From: Vicugna vicugna
Taxonomy: Eukaryota
Assembly (NCBI GenBank): GCA_013265495.1
Contig: MU058781.1
Coordinates: 2,830,158 to 2,894,157 of the forward strand
Reading direction: 5' to 3'
Length of the DNA stretch: 64,000 nt
In this document: in pieces, positions 12,796 through 25,004 of the stretch
Layout of the letters: each line of letters opens with the position of its first letter
Position numbering within the stretch: position 1 is the stretch's first letter
Position numbers and translations under genes: made by a program
The notes under the pieces: generated by a model
The model's input: only the letters and a program-made list of their open reading frames with translations
Database searches by the model: none
Told to the model about the DNA's origin: nothing

Positions 12796-14134
12796 TTTCC
12801 ACTGAATGGCTGGCTAGATGAATAATTAATCTCCAACTAATTTGCCACTTTAGTCATGCACTCATACATCAAACAAGAGCATGGGTCCAAACCCAAAGTA
12901 ATAAATGGTGGTGTAACATAGACCTAGCCTAAGGGTCTCCATGGCAGAGTCCTACCAGGGGGATCAGTTGCATTTCCCAGTGTACGATTTTGCTTTTTTC
13001 ATTGCTGTTCCTTAATCATGCCCACATATTCCAGGAAACATTTAGATTTCATTAATTAGTCTCTGTTGTTTTTAAAGTTTTGCCTAGTTTTCTGTGAGTG
13101 TTTAGTGGACTAGTATCTATGGTTTTCTTTCCATCAGCCATTGGCTGGGGAAATTTTCTTTCAGTAGGGAAGTCTAAGGCCTTGTCTGTCATCATGGCAG
13201 TTCTGGTGAGGTGATTGTTTTGTGAGGCAAGGATTAATGACATTTCATCATTTGTACATAAACTATATTCTATTCTGCCATTTCAGTGTAGGAGTCAATG
13301 AAGACATCTTGGTCTTCTTAACACATTACAGACGATCTCTCTGCTGTGTCTTTTTCTGCCTCTAGCTTGGAACAAATTGTTTCTCACACTGAAAAGAGTG
13401 ATGTCTGCTTGTTTGTTTTGCTATTAATTCTTTGAACATATAGCAGTTTTGTAATTCAAATTGTCACCCCGGCACTTTGTAACGTGTGTGTGTTTCCCTT
13501 CTTCCCAGTCATCACTGTGATTATCTTGTCTGCTTCTTTGTGTAATATGTTCTATGTGGCGTTCTCTGTTGAACTCCATTTATCAGGCAATTACGAAAAT
13601 TCAGGTCTGACCAGAGTTTAGCTTTGCCCTCCATGAATATAGGAAGTTTCCTAAATAAACTTTTGGAGTAAAATAGTTTAAAGAAATAGAGAAATCTACT
13701 TAAAGGAAGAAACTTTAAAGACACAACCATTGTGTGAAAGCAAATGAAACCTGCTACACAGGTGTCATTTTCTTTCATCATGAACAAAACTTCTATCTGG
13801 AAACATTTTGCTAAATTATGTATGTGAAAATAATAAAAATGCATCTAAAATGTCTGTTTAATTCATATTTGAACTTATATTGTTTTATTCTCTGTCTATC
13901 AATGCAGGTGAGAGCTTCTCCAGTTCTCAGAACTCAATGGAAAGACCAGGATATAGGAATGTAGGGAGAATTGTCTCAATGTTATATTATGAATTCTCCA
14001 CGTCTAGATGACTTTCTTTTATGTCAACAAAGCCCACAACAGAGGACTTTTCCACGATTTGTACCAGAGATTCCTGAAGTGTGCAGGGAAATTCAAACTA
14101 TTTCTGCAAAATAACACATTCTTTTTGTGTATCT

Positions 14135-14315
14135 TAATATTTTAGACTTTGAGGGCCACATACTGCCTCTGTTCCACAGTCTTCATTTCTTTGTGTCTTC
14201 CTCCTCCCCCATCAACAACACTTTAAAAGTGTAAAATCTCTTCGCTTGTGAGGCCACACGAAAAACAGGCACTGGGCTGAATCTGACCCACAAGTAGTAG
14301 TTTGCAATCCCCCTA
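14135..14315. mobile_element. hAT-Charlie MER58-like DNA transposon fragment
   Basis: AATATTTTAGACTTTGAGGGCCACA...GGGCTGAATCTGACCCACAAGTAGTAGTTTGC. Confidence 0.7.
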
Positions 14316-14382
14316 GAAGAGAGGATTGCTTGTTCCTTGAGAGCATGTATAATTGCATATGCTGTGAGTGCAGGTGTCAAGG

Positions 14383-14402
14383 GTGTGTGTGTGTGTGTGT
14401 GT
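14383..14402 (+). repeat. (GT)n microsatellite
   Basis: Directly visible. Confidence 0.9.
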
Positions 14403-15182
14403 TGAAGGAGGGGATTTAGATAGTGGCCACTGAAACCTTTTTAGTTTGTGAAACATTGTAATTTTTTGGTGCTCAATTTTAGATTCTTCTAGTGACCTAA
14501 AACTAGCCACTTAAAAATCCTTTTCAAAGCAATCCTGGGTAGAAATGTCCACACACATAAAAATGAATTGAAGTAACACATGAATAATCTTTATAATAGA
14601 CTTAATCATCTAGAAATGTATAGATAAACACAGGTCTCTCTAATACCAGAATTTGGCAAAAACAACTATAATGTTATTTATGTTGATTTCCCTCTAAATT
14701 TTTTTCTATGTATGTATTCCTATTATACATGCACATCTATACACACATCTATATGTGTGTATCTGTATGTGTGTACAGAGTATACTCTCTTTCTCCCTAT
14801 GTATACAAAAAACTCAGTTTTTTATTAATCATTTTACATCTACCTATTTCTATTCAATATAAGTATTTTCTGATGTAATCACTGGTTTTTTGTAACCATC
14901 ACTTTAAGTGAGTAGGCAACATTCTCTTCCCAAAATACCATCATTTATTGAATTATATTCTATTAGGTTGTGTTCACTTTGATATGTAACACTATGAGGA
15001 ACACTTTCATATTTGTGGTATTTTTGTATTCTCTTGAATGAGAGCCAAAAATTTCAAATAGATGACTAGAGAAAAGCATGCAACAACCACATTAGAATTT
15101 CTTGAAACTCTACATTAATAAGAAAAAGGAGTAAAAGAGTAAAAGAATATGGCTACTTCTTACTGAGAAGTAAATAATCTTT

Positions 15183-15301
15183 GATATGTGTGACTGAAAC
15201 ATTATGCTGCACACCAGAAATTGACACAATATTCTAAACTGACTATATTTCAATAAAAAAATAATAAAGGAACACGTTGATTGCTGAAAAAAAAAGAAAA
15301 A
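15183..15301 (+). mobile_element. Short lineage-specific L1 3' end with A-rich tail
   Basis: TGACTGAAACATTATGCTGCACACCAGAAATTGACAC...TTCAATAAAAAA. Same family as the copy at 52818-52992. Confidence 0.8.
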
Positions 15302-17414
15302 GAATTTTCTATGACTGTCTTACTCGACAAGATATGTCAGGTTTTTCATGGTACTTTTTCACCCAGTTTATCTTTTCCATCTCCAAATTCTTCTTTCCAC
15401 TTCAATTAACTTTCCGATTCTCCACGAGCCCCTTAGGCTTATACTATGCTTAAGGTGTGCTGAGAAACTAGAACTTAAATGCTAAGCGCTACTTTTGAAA
15501 GGAGTACTTTCTGTTAGCAATTCAACTAGAGTAGACCACAAATCTCAGGTTGCAGTGAAATAAAGCTGATTTGAAATATAAAATTCAACTTAGTGGAAAG
15601 GTATAGTGTTTGCTTTCGTAGTGTCCATGCTAGCTGAATTAGTTTTGAGCTCTACAGATAAGACACTTCTATTATCAGAACTGGCCTGTTATTAAATGTT
15701 GGTAGCAAAAGTTTTAATGAAAAATGCAAAGTTTTAACACATATCTAGTGTTAGTCATAGAAGCGCAAAAGATAAGAGTAAGTCAAGTTGTTTATACACC
15801 ATAAGAAGTGCTGTAAAACATTAGTCTAATGCCTTACAGCCAAAACAATTAGAGTATGTGAACTTGAAACATTTATAGTATTCTCTTTACCTAAAAAAGT
15901 TATACACAGCCAGCAAGAGTAAGAGGTTGCATTCTCTTTAGGAAGGCACAATTGGCCAACTGATACCATACAAGGATCTAAAAATACAAAGAACCTTCTC
16001 TGAATGATCAGATGGGTTGATCTGGAGGACATCTTCAGAGCTAATTCCATCTCCTGTGCACAAAATTCACTTTGTACAAAGGCAGTTGCTACTTGCCTTA
16101 GGAACCTAGAGGGATGGAGTTGATCCCTGAAGCCAGTTGTTGATTCTTAACAAGCTTGCTCTAATCTTCCTCTGCTCATTGTCTTTGCTTTATTTTACAG
16201 TTTGCAAAGCATTTACATAATATTGGTTTCTATCATTGAGGAAACTGAGGCTCAAAGAAAGTATGTGACTTATCCAGGGTCCTACACTTGAAAAGTAGGG
16301 CAATTGGACCCTAGATCTCAGAATACTGTCAACAAGAATTTGAAGAAACTGGGACATTGTCTTGGCCAAAGAATCTCCCTATGTACGTATCATGACATTG
16401 TGCCATTTCCCTTAAGAGATACTCTTTGGTTTATCACTTTTAATGATTAGAAAAAACAGTAAGAATTTCTGGAATACCCACAATGGTGTTATTTGTGTGC
16501 TATCTCTAACCTTAATGAAAATTCTGCAAGGTAGAGATTTTTCTTTCCAATGTACAGTTGAAATCATGTGGTCCAGAGCAGTTAAATGACTTACGTTAGG
16601 TCCCACAGCTAGTAATAGTACACCTGGCACTTGAACCCAGGGCTCTGGAAACAGCTTTCTCTTTTCTATCTAGGAAAAATCATTCAGAATAGAAATTCTC
16701 CTCAAGGGGTCACACATTCACACAATTCTACAGAATTTGTTTACTGGGTTGAAAATGCAAGGATAATTGGGGCAGATGGAAAGAGAAATACAGAAATAAG
16801 GACAGCAGATCTAAATGTGGAAATGATGTGTACGTGGAGATGCGTACGTGCATTTGGAGGAGAGCAGTAGTGGCATTGCTGAGGATCATCAGGATAGTGT
16901 GTGTCCTGCACAAGTTTTGTAAACTTTTTCTTATATCTTAGTTTCCTCACCTATAGAAATAATTCCTACTTTCCAGGATTATTGTGAAGAAGGGAAAAAG
17001 AAGGTTGTAGATACCAAATGTAAACTATAGCTACCTCAAAACTGTGCCCACAGCCAACCCTCTGTCTGAACAGAATCTATTTTTCACTCCCTACTGTAAT
17101 TTTTGTGAACTCTATAAAACAATGAAATTGACCTTTTATTTACTGACTGTCTGAATTTGAAATATCCCTGAATATTGACTTTTTTGTATAAAAAGTTTAA
17201 AGCTTTTATACAGTCAGATCTATCAATCTTTTCCCTTTTAATTTTTTCTATCATGTCTAATGTTAGTAATATTTTTCCTGCCTCGTAATTTGCCAAACAT
17301 ATACTTATTTTTATAAACATATAATTTTAATGTATAGTTAAATAGGTAATGAATTAAGATAATTTGATAAGTGATAAATTTAGCATTCTTTCAGCATAGC
17401 ATCAGATAAAATTA

Positions 17415-17625
17415 CTTTTATTTTTATTGAAGTAACATTGGTTTATAAGATTATATAGGTTTCATTTGTACAAGATTATAATTCGACTTCCATATACCTT
17501 ACTGCATGTTCACTACCAAGAGTCTAGTTTCCAGCCGTCACCATAGAGTTGGCCCCCTTTACTTATTCTCCTTCCCCTCTAGTAACTAGTATTCTGTTCT
17601 TTATATCTATGCGTTTCTGTTTTCA
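17415..17625 (-). mobile_element. L1 3' end fragment, within older antisense L1M-like sequence (~17080-17800)
   Basis: TTTTTATTGAAGTAACATTGGTTTATAAGATTATATAGGTTTC is an antisense L1 3' terminus. Confidence 0.75.
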
Positions 17626-17829
17626 AGCATACACTCTTATTTTCTCCTAGTTTTCTAAGGCTTAACTTTAATTTTGTAATCCTCCTGGAATTAATTCTAA
17701 TCCCTTGTGTGAGTTAAGATCTCAACTGATATGTTAAAATAATAAATTAACTCTCCCAACGTTTACCAAATAATCTTGCATTTCTCCATTGATTTGTGAT
17801 CCTTAGCCAGATGGATTACATAGGGCAAA

Positions 17830-18050
17830 GAATGTGCGTTTGAGAACCATACAAGCTTAGGTCCTGTTCTCGGCTGCTTAGTAACTGAGTGATCCTGGGC
17901 AAGTCCCTTTACCCGTCTGGGCCTCAATTTGCTCATCTGTAAAGTAAAGATTCTGATATCTAACTGCCAGGGTCATGGTGAGGATGAAGTGGGGAAACAC
18001 AGGCCAAGTGTGGAACACAGTACCGGGGACATAATTAGAGTCACTGATTA
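17830..18050 (+). mobile_element. MIR SINE
   Basis: Core GTGATCCTGGGCAAGTCCCTTTACCCGTCTGGGCCTCAATTTGCTCATCTGTAAAG. Confidence 0.85.
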
Positions 18051-18094
18051 ACAAGATTAATAGTCACTATTAACAGGGTTAACAGTACTCACCC

Positions 18095-18600
18095 CTCCCT
18101 CATTGTGAAAGGCAAGGTCTTTACAATGGTTCACAGGCCCCAGCCTTGCACAGTCTCTCCTCCTTTCCCCACCCCAGTCACTCTCTGATCTCATCTCTTT
18201 CCCTGAGCTCACCCTGTTCCTGCCACCCTCTGACCTGCTGAGCTCACTCTGGCCCCATACCTTTATTCTTTCTCTTCTGTCTCCCTGGGTGTTTTCCCAG
18301 TTTCACACCTTACTCCCTAACCTGTGTAAAGTCTTTGCTCAGCTGATACCTGCCCATAGAAGCCTTCCCTGAGCACTCCACTTAAAGTTGGAACAGCAGC
18401 TAGCCATCTCTCTCATCCTCATTTTTCTCCATAGCACTATCATCTCAACATATTTCACGTATTTACTTATTGTCTGTCTCCCCGACCCTGCCCCAGCTCC
18501 TCGGAGTCTGGGCTTTTTAGCTGTGTTGTTCATTAGTGCATCACCAGGGCCAGCAATAGTGTCTGGTACAAAGCAGGTGCTTCATAAATAACTGTTGAAT
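18095..18600 (+). mobile_element. L2 3' portion
   Basis: CTCCATAGCACTATCATCTC...ATAGTGTCTGGTACAAAGCAGGTGCTTCATAAATAACTGTTGAAT. Confidence 0.8.
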
Positions 18601-19578
18601 TTTTTAGGTTATATTGTTTGCTTCAACTGGCTAAGGAGGGCGGGGGTGGAATGATCAAAATAGAGAATAGAGAAAGAGAGGGAAGATGTACAACAGAAGG
18701 AGGAAAAGCCAGCACTTTATCCAGAGGATGGTTTCCTTGGAAGCCCCAGCTGGGGAACACGCCACCTACCTCTCACATCTGTCTGTGCAGACTTGCTCGT
18801 GGCCCTTCCCATCAGGAAGGGGACCCATGAGAACCAAATGGTCAAACATGGGTTGAAGAAGAAGAAGCAGAAGGAGAAGTAATGGCCCTTTAATCAGTGA
18901 GCATTGTCTCCGAGTCTGTCGTCTTTCAGAGTATGTAACAAACACCCATGTTTAGTTAGAACCTCAGCAAAAAAGCCTGCTTCCTGGTTTGTCAAATGCC
19001 CTAAGACTGTAACTTAATACTCAGCAACCCTAAGTAGCATGGTTCTAAAACATTTTAAAAAACAGACCTCATTCTTATATATAGTTCCTATCTTTCCATA
19101 CACTGAAAAACAAAACGAAGTGTTTGAAAACTGTAAGTGGCGCTAATTCTTCTGACATCATTTGGTGACAGTCTCTGCATGACTACTGGGAAAGTTAGGT
19201 TTACTCCTAGCTTTCTGTTAACACAATTAGATGGAGAATCGAGATGTCTTTGTGCTTTATTCTAATATTCTTTACTGTGTTGCATTTATCTAACAGAATT
19301 AGAGTAATCTCCTAAATTGTATGAGCTGCGTTACCAAAACCCTTTCAAATAAATTCTTTTCACTCCTATAAACTCACGGACACACATTCCCGAAGTCTGG
19401 GCACCAAGGAAGTGTTTCTCTTTGCCTTTGTCCTAACTTTTCCCAAGCCTGTGTCATCTTGTTTAATACATTGTTTCCATTTCTTCTCTTTCCAAATAAT
19501 TCAGATTAGAACTCTTTAACTTTCCTCCTCAAATTTCTATCTCCTTGGATAGCTGGAAAAGCGTTAACATTATAAAAA

Positions 19579-19601
19579 AGAAGAAGAAGAAGAAGAAGAA
19601 G
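19579..19601 (+). repeat. (GAA)n microsatellite
   Basis: Directly visible. Confidence 0.9.
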
Positions 19602-20329
19602 ACTGGGGGAAATACTTCCATTTTTTCAGTTGCAACTCTTTCATAACCCCTCCTGGACCTGAGGCAGAGTCAACCAGCCAGAAAGAGCATCTTGCTGTTC
19701 CTTGGCAACCTCCTGACTCACTGACGACCACCCGCTCCCACAAGTCCTTATGAAGCCGATGTTAACTCCTATCAGAATGCCCTCTTTGGCCCATATTTAT
19801 TACAGAGCACCAACTGAAATGCATTTTCAGATGAAGGTGAGACAACCAGTGACTGCTTGTCTGTACATGAAGAGGCAGGCATCTCCAAATCAGGCTGCCT
19901 TGCCTGGTACAACCAGCGATGACTCAGATGACTTAAATCTGGGGACAAATACTGGTTAAGATTTTATAAACCAGCCAGCAGCATGGTGCTCTTATCATTG
20001 ACTTAGAGGTTCTCTGTGTCATATTAATTAATACAAGTTCATTCTGTTCCCGAGAAACAGTAAAAGGACCTAAGGATGCTTTTGTTCAATCAATGTTCAC
20101 GTTAGGTGTGCAGGTTTTTGTAATTTAGGTCTTGCCTCTAGCTTTCAGTCCTGGTTGTTCACGGCAGAAGAGGTGTTTATTAGTACAGATAACCAGTCAA
20201 CAGGCATTTACTAGGTCTTGTATTTTTGACTGCTATTCTCAGCTCTGTGGTGATGGTTGGGTAAGACACAGAAGAATTACAAAATACCGTCTCAGGTTTC
20301 AGGGAGGCTGTACTCAAATTACTCACATC

Positions 20330-21166
20330 AAGAATCATGAACTGCTGGTAGAGAAGTAGCCTCAGGGCCTATGTGCATATTGATTTGCATGAAAGGGAAG
20401 AGTCTTTGAGGAGACTGTTGGCACATACACAAAAAAAGTTTGTAATTAGAGGGAGGGAAAAGCTCAACATGAAGAGCATAAGCCTCTCCCCCCCGGCCCA
20501 TGAACTTGGTGGGAGCTTTCTCAAAAGAGAAGCTGAAGACAGAAACTGAAAAGGAGGATTTGAGAGATACAGAGCTCGTGCAAAACTGCTTTGAGGCCTC
20601 GGTGACAAAGGACATCATGGGGACAGGGATAGAGTGAAGAGAGGACCAGTCTCCCTGTATACAAGTGGGACGCAAACAACAGTTCTGATGCCCACAGCCG
20701 GGAGAGACTCAGAATTTATACTCTGGCAGTGGGTGCAGGTGCCAGGGGACAGAGGTTACAGTGAACATCGCCTAGACCAGTGTGAACCAACAGAGGAAGG
20801 TCCGCGGTGAGCACGTGTGAACCACCGAGGGCGTTCCAGAGATAAACGGGAGAGATGAGGGCAGCGTGTAGTGAGGGCCTCATTGTGTAAGGAGGTGCAG
20901 TGAGCCAGTTAATGCGGCCTGTTACTCAGCGTTACCTTATTTGTACCCACATGTTGGAGGTGATTTTCCTGACCTGACTTTTGGAGTCTCTCCAGCATTT
21001 ATGAAGGGAATGTTGGGGAAGCAGTTCTTTCCAGGACTAAGCTAGTCAGAGAGAGAGCAGGCTGGGTGGAGAGAGAGCAGGGAGAGGTTCGGAGCCCAGT
21101 TCAGTGCTGAAAAAGTGAGGGGAATCAAGTGAACACCATTTTCCATTGTTTCTCTCTTTACCTACA
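20330..21166 (+). mobile_element. Candidate ancient LTR (MamGypLTR-like)
   Basis: G/A-rich block of higher GC ending ...TTTCTCTCTTTACCTACA. The resemblance to mammalian Gypsy-derived LTRs is from recollection only. Confidence 0.35.
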
Positions 21167-21991
21167 TTAGAAGATTTTGGTCACTAAAAAGACTTCAGAG
21201 GGCTGCAAACCCCTGGACTGATAGAGAAATAGGAGCAGAAGGGAACATTCTAATGGAGGCAAGGTAACATTAGTCAAGTGGAATATGGCTCCCACATGAA
21301 ACACTGTATTTCATTCTCCAAGTGACCACACAAGCACTGCGGATTATGGCCTCTCCTGCTGGCTCAGGAAGGCAAAGGCGAACTGATTGATAGCTGCGTG
21401 AGCAAGGAAGGTAACAAAGTAGAGACTCAGTTGATAAGTACCCCTGGTAATTATTAGCAATTCTTCTCCTAATCAAGAGATCATCCATCAAGTGAAGAAA
21501 GATTCTACCTTCTTTAATCAGTCTCCATTCTCCATCTCTTTCTCTTTTGTTAACTGACGTTTGATCCAAACCCTACTTATGTTAGTACAATGATCAGACA
21601 CCTGAAGACCTGCAGCTAGTTCTCTCCTATGTATTGCCACTTCTGCAATCTTGAAAATACCTAGAATTGTCTTTTGCTGGCATGTCACTTGCTTTGGGAA
21701 CATTCATCACAAGAAGATGAAAGCTAACATGCAGAAGGAAATTTTATAGGTTATGTCATGCCCCACCTCCCCCTGCTGCCTCCATAAATAACTGATTTTA
21801 GGGATATTTCACTATCGAGTTTTTAGGATGAAAAGTCAACTGCTAAATTGTTATATTCATTCTTCTCTGAAATACGATTTGAAATAAAGTAATAGATCTC
21901 ATTTACAGATAAGATTTCAGAGGAAATATCTTATGTTTGGTTCATTACTAAGAGTACCCATTCAAAATGAAATTATTTAACATATTCCATG

Positions 21992-22452
21992 TGTCAAAAA
22001 CTGTGAAGGATCTAAAGTTTTACCTTACTTAAAAGCTAACAAGTTAGCCTGCCACCATTTTATAGATGCTGACAGGAGACATGAGACTCCTGGGTCAGAG
22101 ACAAAGAACTTTGTGACTCACAGTAATAGCCAACAGGCCAAGAAGCAGCATTTTCTTAGGCTGGTTCCACAGCCCCAATTACACAGTGCAATTCAAAGAG
22201 CCAGCTGACATCTATAAGAACAGTGGGCTGCTTTACAAGAAAGGAACCCTGAGCTCTGGGAACCAGAATCTATTATAGTAAGCATGCTTACCTTTGCTCC
22301 AGAGGGAGACAGTATCTCTATCTTCGAAGGCTGTTTACTACACAGACATCTCTGAAAAGATAGTCCAGAAAAAAGACAGTCAATCAATCTCTTTGCCTCT
22401 GCTCACAAAATGTGCAGAATATGAATGATTCACTGAGAATTGTCTCCCAACA
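21992..22452 (-). mobile_element. ERVL-class solo LTR (LTR40-like)
   Basis: Minus strand begins TGTTGGGAGACAATTCTC and ends CTTCACAGTTTTTGACA (TG...CA termini), about 460 bp. Confidence 0.75.
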
Positions 22453-23309
22453 TATACGTATTTTTTAAAGTGCATATCCATGTCATGTCAAATTATATAA
22501 ATTAAGTGTAATAAATCTTCCAAAGTAGCATTATAATATGAATTTTACTTTTCAATATATAATTTAAATTTGTATGACATTAGGACTTACTTCCTAGTCA
22601 ATGTCTTTATAAATATAAATATATAATGATGATAATAATATAAAGAGATGTCACTCTTTTCTAAAGTGACAAATTTCTCTTTGAATTGAGGTTATTAATA
22701 AAGTCAGCAATCCAGTAGAAAACCAACTGAATAGGCTTTTGCAAAATACACTCAATTATAAGAAGATCTGGAAGAGAAATAAAGTTGTCTTTCTTAAGTT
22801 GTGATTTGAATGGAGGGACACCGGTATAAATAAATAATCAAAAGGATGGTTATTTGCTCTCCTTGCTGGAAAGGAAGTTCTTGAGCTGGGCATTGGGCAA
22901 CTGGGGGGACACACATGGATGGTGGGGAGGCTGTCTAAAGTCAATACAAAGGCAAAGGATACCCTAGAAATGCAGGATGCAAAGAAAAGGAATTGGTCCA
23001 ATTCAGATCTTTCCAGTGGTATAGATAAATACTAGTCAACTAGTGTTTGGTTTGCTTTTTTTTTAACTGTTAGAAATACTTGATTGTTGAAATGCAAATT
23101 CTTACCTTGTCTTTCGTTTTTCTTAATTATTATACTTTCCCCATCCCAAGCCAAGACAGATGACAATCTGGTAAACCTTGGATTCACACAATTTATTCAG
23201 ATACCAAAAGCTTCAAGGGGTTATGCTTCCATGTTCCAAAACGTGATATAATTTTAAAGACTAGCCTATTGAAAGCAAACTTAATCTCTTCCATTTATTT
23301 ATTAAGATA

Positions 23310-23445
23310 AATATGCCTCAGTTCCCCCAACTGTAAAGTGGAGATAATAACAGTTTTTACATTAGAAAGTTGCTGTGAGTTAATGTTTAACCTTTTTAGA
23401 GCAGTACCTGGTGCATAGAAAGCAATTTATAAATGTTCACTCTTT
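23310..23445 (+). mobile_element. MIR SINE fragment
   Basis: GCCTCAGTTCCCCCAACTGTAAAGTGGAGATAATAACAG...GCAGTACCTGGTGCATAG. Confidence 0.75.
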
Positions 23446-24622
23446 TTATCTCAAAAATAGCACTTCTTTCCTTTATTTTTTTCAGATTAGGGTGAAGTTT
23501 CGGCTTTGGCAAACATAAAAATATTAACATCAGCATGAAATTTATGAGCACAGTGTCAAGCACATGGTGAGCATTCAGTAATTATTTGTTGAATGAATGA
23601 CTATATGAAATGAATACATAAACCGATGATGCTCACACTCTTAACTCTTCATTCTCATTTTACGACAAATCCAATACTTAGATTGAAAATTAAGTGGAAG
23701 GGGGCTGGAGACCAACCTGAGCCTGAGCCAGCGCCCGTGGGAAACTGCTGTGCCCCGGCTCTTGTTAACACTGATACCCTCCCCCCTTAGACAGTCTGTT
23801 AGAGTTTTGGTCAACGCACGTCTGCCTCTTTCTCTCTTATGGTATTTAACTGGCCTTCTGCATAGAACAAGACAGATCTATGCTGTAAGCTATGAAGGAT
23901 AATTAAGGTGGAAAGTAAAATGTACCCAGTCACATAATGACTTTTTGAGATTACATGGGATGAAAAATAAAACTACATGCAACGCAACTGCTCTAAGGTC
24001 TGATGTTTAAATTTAAAACTCATGGCATTCCATCCATATCTTGATCCACGGATATTTCCCTCCATCACTTTTGGGTGAAATCTATTTGTAGTGTCATTTG
24101 GTCAGAAATCTCTTCAGTAGAAACAGCTGTCTCTGGGGCGTGTTTTATTTTTAATTCCACTTAATTACTCTAGATGTTCTGTTTCACTGCCTAATTGAGT
24201 GTAGACTGAGATCACCCAACAGATATTTTCTGACATGCCTTGGCAATTGCCTGATGCCCCACCAAGAACTTAGCTGGGAAGGAAAACCAAGCGTGACTTG
24301 GTCTCCTTTGGAGCAGACTCATTGGAAATTGCAGTGGTACAGTTGCTTGGCACCGAGGACAATGTGAATAAGAGAGTGGGTGGAGCCTCAGTAGATTTGA
24401 AAAATGTCAGAGAACTTTTCAAAGCTATAAGAGCACTGCTATTCCTATTAGAATGTGAAGAACCCATTTTCCGCTTTAAAAAAAATTGTTAGGAAAGTTA
24501 GCTCTCGATACTGAACTGACATGGAAGGAAAGGGCATAATATGTGTAGTTTAGATTTATTTTAGTAGTTCCAGGAGGCCTCCATCACAGAGTAAATGGAA
24601 GGAAAGAAATTTTAAAGGAGAC

Positions 24623-25004
24623 TATTATGGACAGAATTGTCCCCCTCCCCACCCTGCAATTCATGTGCTGGGGTCCTAACCCCTAGTATCTCAGAATGTG
24701 ACCATATTAGGAGATAGGGTCTTCACAGATGTAATTACAGTTAAAGTAAGTTAATCAGCGTGGGCTCCATTCCAATATGACTGGTGTCCTTATAAGAAGA
24801 GGAAATTCAGACACAGACACTTAAAGATGGAAGATGAGAAGGCAGTGGTTTACAAGCCGAGGAGAGAGGCCTCAGAAGAAACCAACCCTGCCATCACCTT
24901 GATCTCAGACTTCTATCCTCCAGAAGTATGAGAAAATAAATTTCTGCTGTTTAACCTGCCCCACCTGTGGTAATTCACTACAGCAGCTTTAACAAACTAA
25001 TACA
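24623..25004 (+). mobile_element. MaLR solo LTR, MLT1B-like
   Basis: GTCCTAACCCCTAGTATCTCAGAATGTGACC; CCAATATGACTGGTGTCCTTATAAGAAGAGGAAA; ends AAACTAATACA. Confidence 0.88.
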
